From Mycobacteriales bacterium (GTDB lineage: Bacteria > Actinomycetota > Actinomycetes > JAFAQI01): DNA of 64,000 nt. Positions within the stretch are counted from its first letter, which is position 1. Every line of letters starts with the position of its first letter. The DNA lies in assembly GCA_035695245.1 (NCBI GenBank), contig DASSEQ010000054.1, forward strand, positions 731-64,730. The letters run 5' to 3'. Of the stretch, positions 38,846 to 46,643 are shown in pieces. The notes under the pieces were generated by a model, which had not been told where the DNA came from, made no database searches, and worked only from the letters and a program-made list of their open reading frames with translations. The position numbers and the translations under genes are program-made.

Positions 38846-39187
38846 TCAGTCGGTCGCGGAGAGCGCCTCGTCGACCGACGCGTGGATCGGGAAGACCTTG
38901 GTGAGCCCGGTGATCCGGAAGATCTTGAGAATCCGCTCCTGCGTGCACACAAGGCGCAAAGAGCCTTCGTGGGCGCGCACCCGCTTCAGTCCGCCGACGA
39001 GAACACCGAGCCCGGTCGAGTCGAGAAAGTCAACGTTCTCCATGTCGACGACGAGGTCGTAGTTTCCGCTCGAAACGAGGTCGATGAGCTGCTCGCGCAG
39101 TTTGGGTGCTGTATATACGTCGATCTCCCCGCCGACAGTTACGACGGTGCGGTCGCCTTCTGTCCTCGTCGACAGAGACAGGTCCAC
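38846..39187 (-). CDS. bldG: anti-sigma factor antagonist (STAS domain), BldG-like
   Basis: Track ORF, 113 aa. Near-identical, as far as I recall, to Streptomyces BldG ([69 protein letters not shown]). Phospho-Ser context DSTGLG. Confidence 0.85.
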   Translation of the reverse strand: MDLSLSTRTEGDRTVVTVGGEIDVYTAPKLREQLIDLVSSGNYDLVVDMENVDFLDSTGLGVLVGGLKRVRAHEGSLRLVCTQERILKIFRITGLTKVFPIHASVDEALSATD

Positions 39188-39345
39188 GTGTCCTCCAGAA
39201 GGCCTATTTCGTCGGTGCTTGGGGGTCCGTCCCCGGGCGGCGCCAGTGTCGCGGTGTTCGCCGAATGGGCGCTACCCGCCAGCCTGGGAATTCAACCACG
39301 CCGCGCCGCCCCGGTGGGGAACCGCCCTGACAGACTCAGCGGGCG

Positions 39346-41652
39346 ATGGCTCCCGTCACCACGTTGCTCGACCGGCTGCTCCGCGAGCCGGGCCGGCGGG
39401 CGCGGGTCACGCACGTGGAGGTGCTGCCCCCGCGCGCCGGACGCACAGCCGAGTGGCCCGAGTGGGTGCCCGAGGTGGTTCGAAGCCGCCTGGGGGCCGC
39501 CGGGATCGAGGCGCCCTGGCTGCACCAGGTGCAGACCGCCGATCTCGCCCACCGCGGCGAGTCGGTTGTCGTAGCCACCGGAACCGCCTCGGGCAAGTCG
39601 CTCGCCTACCTGCTCCCGGTGATCTCCGCGGCGGTCGACGCCGACGACACCACCCTGTATCTCTCGCCGACCAAGGCGCTCGCCGCCGACCAGCTGCGGT
39701 CGGTGCGAGCGATGACGCTGACGCAGGTGCGCGCAGCGACGTACGACGGCGACACGCCCTCCGCCGAGCGCGACTGGGTGCGCGCCCACGCCAACGTCGT
39801 CCTGACCAATCCGGACATGCTCCACCACTCGCTGCTGCCGGGCCATGCCCGTTGGGCTCCGTTCTTCCGCCGCCTGCGCTATGTGGTCGTCGACGAATGC
39901 CATGGCTACCGCGGCGTCTTCGGCTCGCACGTCGCGCAGGTGCTGCGCCGCTTGCGCCGGGTGGCGCAGAAGTACGGACAGGCGCCGGTCTTCATCTTCG
40001 CCTCGGCAACTGCGAGCGATCCGGGTCTCACCGCGGGCAGGCTCGTCGGCCACGACGTCACGGCAGTGACCGACGACGGCTCGCCCCGAGCCGGGTTGTC
40101 GTTCGTTCTCTGGGAGCCGCCGCTGTCGCAGCTGACGGCCGAGCACGGCGCGCCGGTGCGCCGGACGGCTACCGCCGAAACGGCGGAACTGCTCGCCGAT
40201 CTCGTCGTCGAGGGCGTGCGAACGGTCGCCTTCGTGCGGTCCCGCCGGGCCGCCGAGACGGTGGCGCTTTCCGCCCGTCGCTTGGTTGGTGAAGCGCATG
40301 CGTCGCTGACCAAGCGGGTGGCGGCCTACCGCGCCGGCTACCTGGCCGAAGAGCGCCGGGCGCTGGAACGCGCGCTTCAGGACGGGCAGATCCTCGGCCT
40401 GGCGAGCACCAACGCCCTCGAGCTCGGCATCGACGTCAGCGGACTAGACGCGGTGCTGATCGCGGGCTGGCCCGGCACGCGCGCGTCGCTCTGGCAGCAG
40501 GCCGGCCGGGCCGGCCGGGCGGGACGGGACGCGCTGGCGGTGCTGGTGGCTCGCGACGATCCGCTCGACACCTACGTCGTGCACCATCCCGAGTCCGTCT
40601 TCGGCCAGCCGGTGGAAGCTGCGGTCCTCGACCCGGACAACCCCTACGTTCTGGCCCCGCACCTCTGCGCCGCCGCGGCTGAGCTGCCGCTCACCGAGGC
40701 CGACCTTGCCCTCTTCGGCGCCGGCGCCCGGGCGGCGGTCGACGACTTGGTTCGCCGCGGTCTCCTGCGGCATCGCCCCGCCGGATGGTTCTGGACCAAG
40801 CGCGAGCGCGCCACCGACCTTGCCGACCTGCGCGGCACCGGCGGGCCGCCGGTGCGGATCGTCGAGCAGTCGACCGGGCGATTGCTCGGATCGGTGGATG
40901 CTGCATCGGCGCATGCGAGCGTGCACCGCGGTGCGGTCTACCTGCACCAGGGCGAGAGCTACGTCGTACAAACGCTCGACCTCGACGGATCGGCCGCGTT
41001 GGTGGAGCCGGACAAGCCGGATTGGACCACCTCGGCGCGTGATTTGACCGACATCGCGATCGTCGAGACCTCCCGGAGCCGCGCCGCCGAGGGAGCGGCG
41101 GTGCACTTCGGCACCGTGGACGTGACGAACCAGGTGGTGTCGTTCCAGCGCCGCCGCATCGCCACCGGTGAGGTGCTCGGCGAGGAGCCGTTGGATCTGC
41201 CGCCGCGCCAGCTTCGAACCCGCGCGATCTGGTGGACCCTCGACCGGCGGTCGCTTCTCACGACCGAGCTTGCCGCCGCGGACCTGCCGGGTGCCGCTCA
41301 CGCCGCCGAGCACGCCTCGATCGGGCTGCTGCCCCTGTTCGCGACCTGCGACCGGTGGGACATCGGCGGCGTCTCGACTGCTCTTCATCCGGATACCGGC
41401 GAGCTGACGGTGTTCGTCTACGACGGGCATCCGGGTGGCGCCGGCTTCGCCGAGCGAGGCTTCACCCGCGCCGACGACTGGCTGTCGGCGACCCGAGACG
41501 CAATCACGGCGTGCGAGTGCGAAGCCGGCTGCCCGTCGTGCGTGCAGTCCCCGAAGTGCGGCAACGGCAACGAACCCCTGGACAAGGCCGGTGCGATCCG
41601 GCTGCTCGAGGTGCTCCTGGGACGACTCGGACGGCGAGCCGCGTCGGCGTGA
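39346..41652 (+). CDS. DECH-box ATP-dependent helicase with C-terminal DUF1998/MrfA-type zinc module ('helicase/secretion neighborhood' helicase)
   Basis: Track ORF. Walker A ATGTASGKS, DECH box VVVDECHGYRG and C-terminal CECEAGCPSCVQSPKCGNGNEPLDK. Confidence 0.9.
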   Translation: MAPVTTLLDRLLREPGRRARVTHVEVLPPRAGRTAEWPEWVPEVVRSRLGAAGIEAPWLHQVQTADLAHRGESVVVATGTASGKSLAYLLPVISAAVDADDTTLYLSPTKALAADQLRSVRAMTLTQVRAATYDGDTPSAERDWVRAHANVVLTNPDMLHHSLLPGHARWAPFFRRLRYVVVDECHGYRGVFGSHVAQVLRRLRRVAQKYGQAPVFIFASATASDPGLTAGRLVGHDVTAVTDDGSPRAGLSFVLWEPPLSQLTAEHGAPVRRTATAETAELLADLVVEGVRTVAFVRSRRAAETVALSARRLVGEAHASLTKRVAAYRAGYLAEERRALERALQDGQILGLASTNALELGIDVSGLDAVLIAGWPGTRASLWQQAGRAGRAGRDALAVLVARDDPLDTYVVHHPESVFGQPVEAAVLDPDNPYVLAPHLCAAAAELPLTEADLALFGAGARAAVDDLVRRGLLRHRPAGWFWTKRERATDLADLRGTGGPPVRIVEQSTGRLLGSVDAASAHASVHRGAVYLHQGESYVVQTLDLDGSAALVEPDKPDWTTSARDLTDIAIVETSRSRAAEGAAVHFGTVDVTNQVVSFQRRRIATGEVLGEEPLDLPPRQLRTRAIWWTLDRRSLLTTELAAADLPGAAHAAEHASIGLLPLFATCDRWDIGGVSTALHPDTGELTVFVYDGHPGGAGFAERGFTRADDWLSATRDAITACECEAGCPSCVQSPKCGNGNEPLDKAGAIRLLEVLLGRLGRRAASA

Positions 41653-41699
41653 GCGCCTGCTGCGGCGGGTAGGGAGCCGGAAGGACCTAGGAGGCTCCC

Positions 41700-42098
41700 A
41701 TGATCGTGCTCGGGTTGTTGCTCATGGCGGGGTGCGCCGCGCTGGCTGTTGATGCGGTCGTCCAAAACGGCCACCTCGCGGCGGCAACGGCGTTCAACCA
41801 GCCGATCACGCACCTGTCCCTCGGTGCGATTTTCATCGCCGGCACCGTCTTGGGGCTGCTCTTCGCCCTCGGCCTGGTGATGCTCACCGGAGGCATCGGG
41901 CGCGCCGGTCGTCGCCGCCGCCAGCGGCGAGTCGCCGCCAGCGAAGCCCAGGCGGAAGCCACGGCGCTTCGCGAGCACAACGAGCGTTTGGCTGCCGAGC
42001 TCGAGGCGCGCAACATCGCCGACGACGACGTCTACCCGGCGGAAGGTCAGACCGTCGAAACGCCGACCTCAGCGAACGGTGGCCGGCACCGGGCGTAG
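41700..42098 (+). CDS. small two-TM membrane protein with Arg-rich/coiled-coil tail (LapA-domain-like)
   Basis: Track ORF. Strong SD (AGGAGG) 7 nt upstream of the ATG. Two hydrophobic helices, then GRAGRRRRQRRVAASEAQAEATALREHNERLAAELE. Confidence 0.65.
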   Translation: MIVLGLLLMAGCAALAVDAVVQNGHLAAATAFNQPITHLSLGAIFIAGTVLGLLFALGLVMLTGGIGRAGRRRRQRRVAASEAQAEATALREHNERLAAELEARNIADDDVYPAEGQTVETPTSANGGRHRA

Positions 42099-42100
42099 CC

Positions 42101-42130
42101 GGCTCAGCGGTCCAAGGCTCAGCGGTCCAG
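42101..42130. repeat. 15-bp tandem duplication (GGCTCAGCGGTCCAA / GGCTCAGCGGTCCAG)
   Basis: Read directly. Copy 2 holds the last codons and stop (LDR*) of the minus-strand surface-protein gene. Copy 1 repeats them in the 3' flank. Confidence 0.9.
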
Positions 42131-43339
42131 GGCGTCGGCTGCGCGCAGCCATGCGCGCAAGTGAGCCGCCACGAGCAGGACGACCGCGGCCGCCGCGAGT
42201 GACTTCCAGAGCTCCTGCACGTTGAGCACGTGCACCAGGTCGGTGCCAACCGTCGCGATCGGACCGTTGGCCCGGTGCTGAACCGCCTGGCTCTGGATCT
42301 GGTCCGGGTAGGCAAGCGTCGGCTTATAGGTGCCCTCGGGCAACGGCCTGACCTCGGTCACGACGGACGGAAGGTTCGGGGCCGCGCCCGCACTCGAGGC
42401 CGGAAGGTACGCGCGCAAAGTGGCACTCGCATGTCCGCTGCTGAACGTGCCCGGAGCCTTGCTCGACCCGGACACGCGACCGCCGCTCGTCGTCGTGCCG
42501 GACGTCGTGCCGCCAGTCGTCGAGCCGCTCGACCCGCCGACGGTGCCGCCACCGCTGGTTGTGGTTCCGCCACCCGCGCCACCCGTTGAACCGTCCGGAG
42601 TCGGCGTCGAGGCGGCGGGGAAGCTGACCGACGCCGGAGCGTCCGGTGAGGCGATCGTGCTGCTCTGCGACGGGGACGTCCAGCGGAGCGCGTCGATGAC
42701 GAAGTTGCGGGTGGTGCCGGAAGCGGACGAGCCGAAATCGACGTCGACGGAACAATTGCCCTGCGAGCAGACGCTGTTGTCCACTCCACCGGGCGTCAGG
42801 TCGCGGCGGGTGCCGCCGGTGACGTCGACGATGTCGTAGCCGGCGATGTCGGGCTCGGTGTTGGCCGACCAGCTGAAGTGCGCGACGGTGCTCGAGGCGC
42901 TCGCCGCGAAGTTCGTCACGGGAGCGGCCGGGATCCGCAGCGTCACCGAGACCGGCGATGCACTGGACGAGCCGATGGCGAAGTTGACGGTGTAGGTGCC
43001 GTTGACCGCGGGCTGCGAGCTCCACGGCGCGTTTTGCGTGTCGAAGGACTGTGTCGGTGTGCTGCCGCTGGAAAGAGCCGGGCCCGATCCGGACCACAGC
43101 GTGTAGGTGCCCCCGTCAGGGCGATCGATGGTGAGCTTGAGGGCAACGCTGCCCATCGACGTGCGGTTGTCGTAGTGGCCGGAGATCGAGATGTGGCTGG
43201 CGCTGGTCACCGTGCCATTGGGGGAGACGCTCAAGCTGCCGGAGGCGGCGTAGGCCGGGGCAGCGGCCATCGCCACCGTCATGCCCACGATGCCGAATCC
43301 GACCGCGGTGCGTCCGGCGTTGCGAACGACGCGCTTCAT
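42119..43339 (-). CDS. secreted surface protein: signal peptide, Ig/FN3-like domains, Thr/Ser/Gly-rich linker, C-terminal TM anchor
   Basis: Track ORF 42119..43462 trimmed to ATG 43339 (MKRVVRNAGRTAVGFGIVGMTVAMAAAPAYA/AS), with an ATGA overlap on the sortase stop. FN3-like APVTNFAASASSTVAHFSWSANTEPDIAGYDIV, linker GGAGGGTTTSGGGTVGGSSGSTTGGTTSGTTTSGG and tail SLAAAAVVLLVAAHLRAWLR. Confidence 0.75.
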   Translation of the reverse strand: MKRVVRNAGRTAVGFGIVGMTVAMAAAPAYAASGSLSVSPNGTVTSASHISISGHYDNRTSMGSVALKLTIDRPDGGTYTLWSGSGPALSSGSTPTQSFDTQNAPWSSQPAVNGTYTVNFAIGSSSASPVSVTLRIPAAPVTNFAASASSTVAHFSWSANTEPDIAGYDIVDVTGGTRRDLTPGGVDNSVCSQGNCSVDVDFGSSASGTTRNFVIDALRWTSPSQSSTIASPDAPASVSFPAASTPTPDGSTGGAGGGTTTSGGGTVGGSSGSTTGGTTSGTTTSGGRVSGSSKAPGTFSSGHASATLRAYLPASSAGAAPNLPSVVTEVRPLPEGTYKPTLAYPDQIQSQAVQHRANGPIATVGTDLVHVLNVQELWKSLAAAAVVLLVAAHLRAWLRAADALDR

Positions 43340-44097
43340 CACTTGCCCCCCTGGCGGTTCTGCTTCGACGTCGTCACCGGCGTGAACTTGGTCATCTTCA
43401 GGCGCAGCACGATCCGGTGGCTGTCGCTGCCCTTGGGGTGACAGCTGGTCAACGTGAGCCAATGGCCGGTGCCGAGCGCGCCGTTCTGGCCGACCACTCC
43501 GAAGTCACTCGGCAACACGACGAAGGGATTGGCGTGGCCCGCGAAGCCCGGCACGACCTGGTAGGTGCAGGTGCCGATCGGCGTAACCAGCTCGACGGTG
43601 TCGCCGGGGCGCATCTCGTCGATCTTGTTGAACGGGCGGCCGTAGGTCGTGCGGTGACCGGCGATGCCGACGTTGCCCTGGTCGCAGGGGAACGGCGTCG
43701 TCTCGTAGTGACCGGCGCCGGCCTGCAACGCCGCGAGGGTCGTGCCTTCGACCACCATGACGTTGACGTGTACGCGGTCGTTGTTGATGACAAGGCGGGT
43801 CAGACCTTCACCGACCTTGACGCGGTGCTCGATGTAGTCCGTCTTGAACGAAGGATCGGCAAGCTGGTCCTTCACGTGCCGCTGCTGGTAGCTGCCATAG
43901 AGATCGGTCACGGCCGGGAACGCGAACATCCCGACACCCGCCACCAGCAGCAACAAGGTGAACAACGAGACCGAGCGACGACCACCGGGACGGCGCAGCG
44001 CCAGTCCGAGCAGCGCGCCGACCGACTGCCGCGAATCGCCGGCGAACGCCGGCAGGAACGAGCCCGGGTCGGGCGTCGTCTCGTGCGGGCCGGCCAT
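43339..44097 (-). CDS. sortase (actinobacterial class E/F-like), N-terminal TM anchor
   Basis: Track ORF 43339..44151 trimmed to ATG 44097, preceded by AAGGAG at 9-nt spacing. TM helix SLFTLLLLVAGVGMFAFPAV. His motif NVGIAGHRTTYGRPF, Cys motif WLTLTSCHP and downstream Arg (HRIVLRL). Confidence 0.85.
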   Translation of the reverse strand: MAGPHETTPDPGSFLPAFAGDSRQSVGALLGLALRRPGGRRSVSLFTLLLLVAGVGMFAFPAVTDLYGSYQQRHVKDQLADPSFKTDYIEHRVKVGEGLTRLVINNDRVHVNVMVVEGTTLAALQAGAGHYETTPFPCDQGNVGIAGHRTTYGRPFNKIDEMRPGDTVELVTPIGTCTYQVVPGFAGHANPFVVLPSDFGVVGQNGALGTGHWLTLTSCHPKGSDSHRIVLRLKMTKFTPVTTSKQNRQGGK

Positions 44098-44157
44098 GGT
44101 GTCTTGCTCCTTCAGCGACGTTCTGTCTGTCCCCACAACGACACCCAGCACGCAAGG

Positions 44158-44571
44158 TTACGACGGATGATCAACGCGCGCGGCTTTATCCCGATTTGCG
44201 GCAATGACGTCGTCTGTGTCAGCGGGGCCGGCACGGGCATCGAGGCGGGCCGTCCCCGGGATCGGCAGCCAGCCCGGCGCTGCCTGTTCGACCTGCACAT
44301 CGGCGACCCCATCGGCGACACGGCAGCTCGCCAGGCGTGCGCCGGCAAGTGCGGCGGCCCGACGCGCGAGCGCACAGGCCGGGGGTTGCCCGGCAACGGC
44401 AGCAGTCGCGGCCGCGAGGGCGGCACCGTCGGCAGCGACCGCAGCCCGGTGGCGGACGACGCGGGCGGTTCCGAGCGCGGCGACTCCGGCCGCGGCCAGC
44501 AACACCGAGGTGATCACGACTAGTGCGAGCACCGTGCCTGCTCCGGCGTCGCGGCGAGCCCGCTGCCTCAC
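44158..44571 (-). CDS. TadE-like pseudopilin ('helicase/secretion neighborhood' TadE-like, Rv3654c/55c-type)
   Basis: Track ORF 44158..44715 trimmed to GTG 44571 (GTGA overlap). N-terminus RRDAGAGTVLALVVITSVLLAAAGVAALG, then AADGAALAAA..ACALARRAAALAGARLASCRV. Confidence 0.7.
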   Translation of the reverse strand: MRQRARRDAGAGTVLALVVITSVLLAAAGVAALGTARVVRHRAAVAADGAALAAATAAVAGQPPACALARRAAALAGARLASCRVADGVADVQVEQAAPGWLPIPGTARLDARAGPADTDDVIAANRDKAARVDHPS

Positions 44572-44963
44572 GGTCGGCCCGGCTCGCGGGCGGCGACCGC
44601 ACGCTCCCGCACGACGAGGGCCGGCAACACGTGACCGAACAACGCGACATGCACGCGACTGGTGACCTCCATGACGACCAGGGGGTCGGAGGTAGGCGCC
44701 GGCCGGATCTGCCACTGGGCTCCGGGCGCAACCGTCGCGATCGCGTCGGCGACGACGGTGGGCGGTTCGCCGCGGGCGACCAGCCTGGCCGCTACCGCCG
44801 CGGCGTCGAGGGTGCGCATCTGGGTGGACACAACAGAGAGGCAGGTCACTGCCGACAACGCAGTGAGGACAACTGCTGGGAGGGCAACGGCCAGCTCGGC
44901 GGTGACCATGCCCGGGTCCGGCAACTGGCCGTTGCCCCGCCGACCACGCCGGACCCGGGACAC
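44568..44963 (-). CDS. TadE-like pseudopilin
   Basis: Track ORF 44568..45068 trimmed to GTG 44963, 5 nt after the pilin stop. Prepilin-like GMVTAELAVALPAVVLTAL. Confidence 0.7.
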   Translation of the reverse strand: MSRVRRGRRGNGQLPDPGMVTAELAVALPAVVLTALSAVTCLSVVSTQMRTLDAAAVAARLVARGEPPTVVADAIATVAPGAQWQIRPAPTSDPLVVMEVTSRVHVALFGHVLPALVVRERAVAAREPGRP

Positions 44964-44968
44964 GATGG

Positions 44969-45166
44969 TCAGAACCCGAGATGAAGCGCGCGGCTGATGA
45001 TGTCCGTGACGAGGTGCAGCACTGAGTCGCTTGTCAAGATCTTGTAGAGAAGTGCGGCGAAGCCGCATGCGGCCACGGTGCCGACGGCGTATTCCGCCGT
45101 CGACATGCCTTCTTCACCCGCGGCGAGCAACGCCCGGATGCCAGGCAACTGGCGAAAAAGTCGCAT
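44969..45166 (-). CDS. Flp-like type IVb pilin (DUF4244 / Rv3656c-like), 65 aa
   Basis: Track ORF 44969..45403 trimmed to ATG 45166 (MRLFRQL..), with a [15 protein letters not shown] region. Flp-type processing motif EEG/MSTAEYAVGTVAACGFAALLY. Confidence 0.75.
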   Translation of the reverse strand: MRLFRQLPGIRALLAAGEEGMSTAEYAVGTVAACGFAALLYKILTSDSVLHLVTDIISRALHLGF

Positions 45167-45303
45167 GACCTCTCCCTTCCCGGCGGCCGGCCGGCGCGGT
45201 GTCGTCGTACGGCGACGAGTCCCAGCGTGGCCGCGGCGACGGCGCGGATTCCGGCACGAACGCGAAGTTGTGGATCCACGGCCGAGACCGGCGCCTGTGC
45301 AGG

Positions 45304-45870
45304 TCAGCGGATCAGCTCGTGCACGGCTCCGATGAGCACCGGCACGACTCCGATCAGCACGAACGCCGGCAAAAAGCAGGCTCCGAGCGGCAGCACGATC
45401 CACGTGGAGGCGCGCCCGACAGCTTGGCGCGTCGCAGCCAGACGTCGGGACCGCTCACGAGCCGCGAGCCGCATCAGCTCGCCCGCACTGGCGGCGCCGG
45501 TCGCCGACGAGCGACTCAGAGCAGCGGCCACCATGTCGAGCTGCGGGCAGGCGCGTGCGGCCGCGATCCACACCTCCTCTGGTGGCGAACCGCTTCGGAG
45601 TGCGACCGCGATCGACCGCATTGTCTGCGCCACCGGCGGCGGCGCTGCAGCGGCGGCAGCGTCGACGGCCGCCGCGGTGGACGCGCCCGCCGCCACACAT
45701 GCGGCCAGCACCTCGACCGCCACTGACCAGTCGCCCGTCGCGACAACGCGTCGTGGCATTCGCCACCGCCGGACGGAGCTCCGGACCGACCCGCGAAGCC
45801 GGTGCATCGGCGCCGGCCGCCGGGCCAGAAGAAGAGCGATGGCAACGGTCAGCGCCGCGACAACGGTCAT
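45304..45870 (-). CDS. TadC-like type II secretion system F-family membrane protein
   Basis: Track ORF 45304..45912 trimmed to ATG 45870 (ATGA overlap). Hydrophobic ends and central soluble region, as in Rv3657c-type proteins. Confidence 0.7.
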   Translation of the reverse strand: MTVVAALTVAIALLLARRPAPMHRLRGSVRSSVRRWRMPRRVVATGDWSVAVEVLAACVAAGASTAAAVDAAAAAAPPPVAQTMRSIAVALRSGSPPEEVWIAAARACPQLDMVAAALSRSSATGAASAGELMRLAARERSRRLAATRQAVGRASTWIVLPLGACFLPAFVLIGVVPVLIGAVHELIR

Positions 45871-46643
45871 CCGGGCATCGCCCGCCGCAGGATCGCGCGC
45901 ACCCACCACCATCCGACGAGGTCGAGCAGTGCGGCGGCGAGGAAGAGCAGCACCCCCGCTCGCTCGTGCAGCAAGACATGCAGCGGCGCGGCACCGATGG
46001 CGCTGCCGATGACGAGTCCGAAGACCGGCAAGCCGATGAGCACCGCGACGGTCGACCTCGGGCCCGCGGCAGCGGCGGACAACTCAGCCGTGATCTCGTC
46101 GTCGGCATCGAAAGCGCGGCCGATGCGATCCAACAGATCCGCCACGGCGACGCCCGCGCCGGCGGTCGTGCCCAGCGCCGCGGCAAGCGGCTGCAGGCGA
46201 GCACATCCCGACGCCGCGACCAGATGGTCCAGCTCGGTGCCGAGATCAGCGCCGCGCGACACCGCGCGACCGGCTGCCGCCACGTCGGCGGCGAGGACAC
46301 GCAGATGAGGTGCAACAGCGGCGAGCGCGATCCCGGGCGGCCGCCCGGCCCGCAGCTCTGCAGCCAACGCGTAGGCCAACGTCGTCGCGTCGGCGGACCG
46401 GGCCCGAGCCAGTGCTGCATCGGTGCGCCGACGGACAAGGTGCCGGCCCGCTGCCGCTCCGATGGTCGCGACCGCGATCCAACGCCAGGAACCGACCGCC
46501 ATGACCAGCAGCCCCGCGACGCCGAGCGGTCCCACGACGTGCGCAGGTGGGCCGCCGGTGGCGTCGCGGACAAGACGGTGCGCGGCAGGCGGCCGTCGCA
46601 GGAGCACCGCGGCGGCAAGGGCCAACGCTGCCAAGGCTGTCAT
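45867..46643 (-). CDS. TadB-like type II secretion system F-family membrane protein
   Basis: Track ORF. MTALAALALAAAVLL.. with terminal TM helices. ATGA overlap with the upstream ATPase stop. Confidence 0.7.
   Translation of the reverse strand: MTALAALALAAAVLLRRPPAAHRLVRDATGGPPAHVVGPLGVAGLLVMAVGSWRWIAVATIGAAAGRHLVRRRTDAALARARSADATTLAYALAAELRAGRPPGIALAAVAPHLRVLAADVAAAGRAVSRGADLGTELDHLVAASGCARLQPLAAALGTTAGAGVAVADLLDRIGRAFDADDEITAELSAAAAGPRSTVAVLIGLPVFGLVIGSAIGAAPLHVLLHERAGVLLFLAAALLDLVGWWWVRAILRRAMPG

Noticed and set aside
36060-39062. 1000-aa plus-strand ORF, the longest in the track
   Set aside because: It lies antisense to hppA and the anti-sigma/STAS genes. Its composition is Arg/Gly/Asp/His-rich with no motifs, while the minus-strand genes carry unmistakable family signatures. 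This is a typical high-GC shadow ORF.
42329-42343. LPEGT in the surface protein as an LPXTG sortase signal
   Set aside because: The residue order differs from LPXTG (G and T swapped). It also lies 69 residues from the C-terminus and about 40 residues before the TM helix, not immediately before it. It is kept only as a weak possibility inside the sortase finding.
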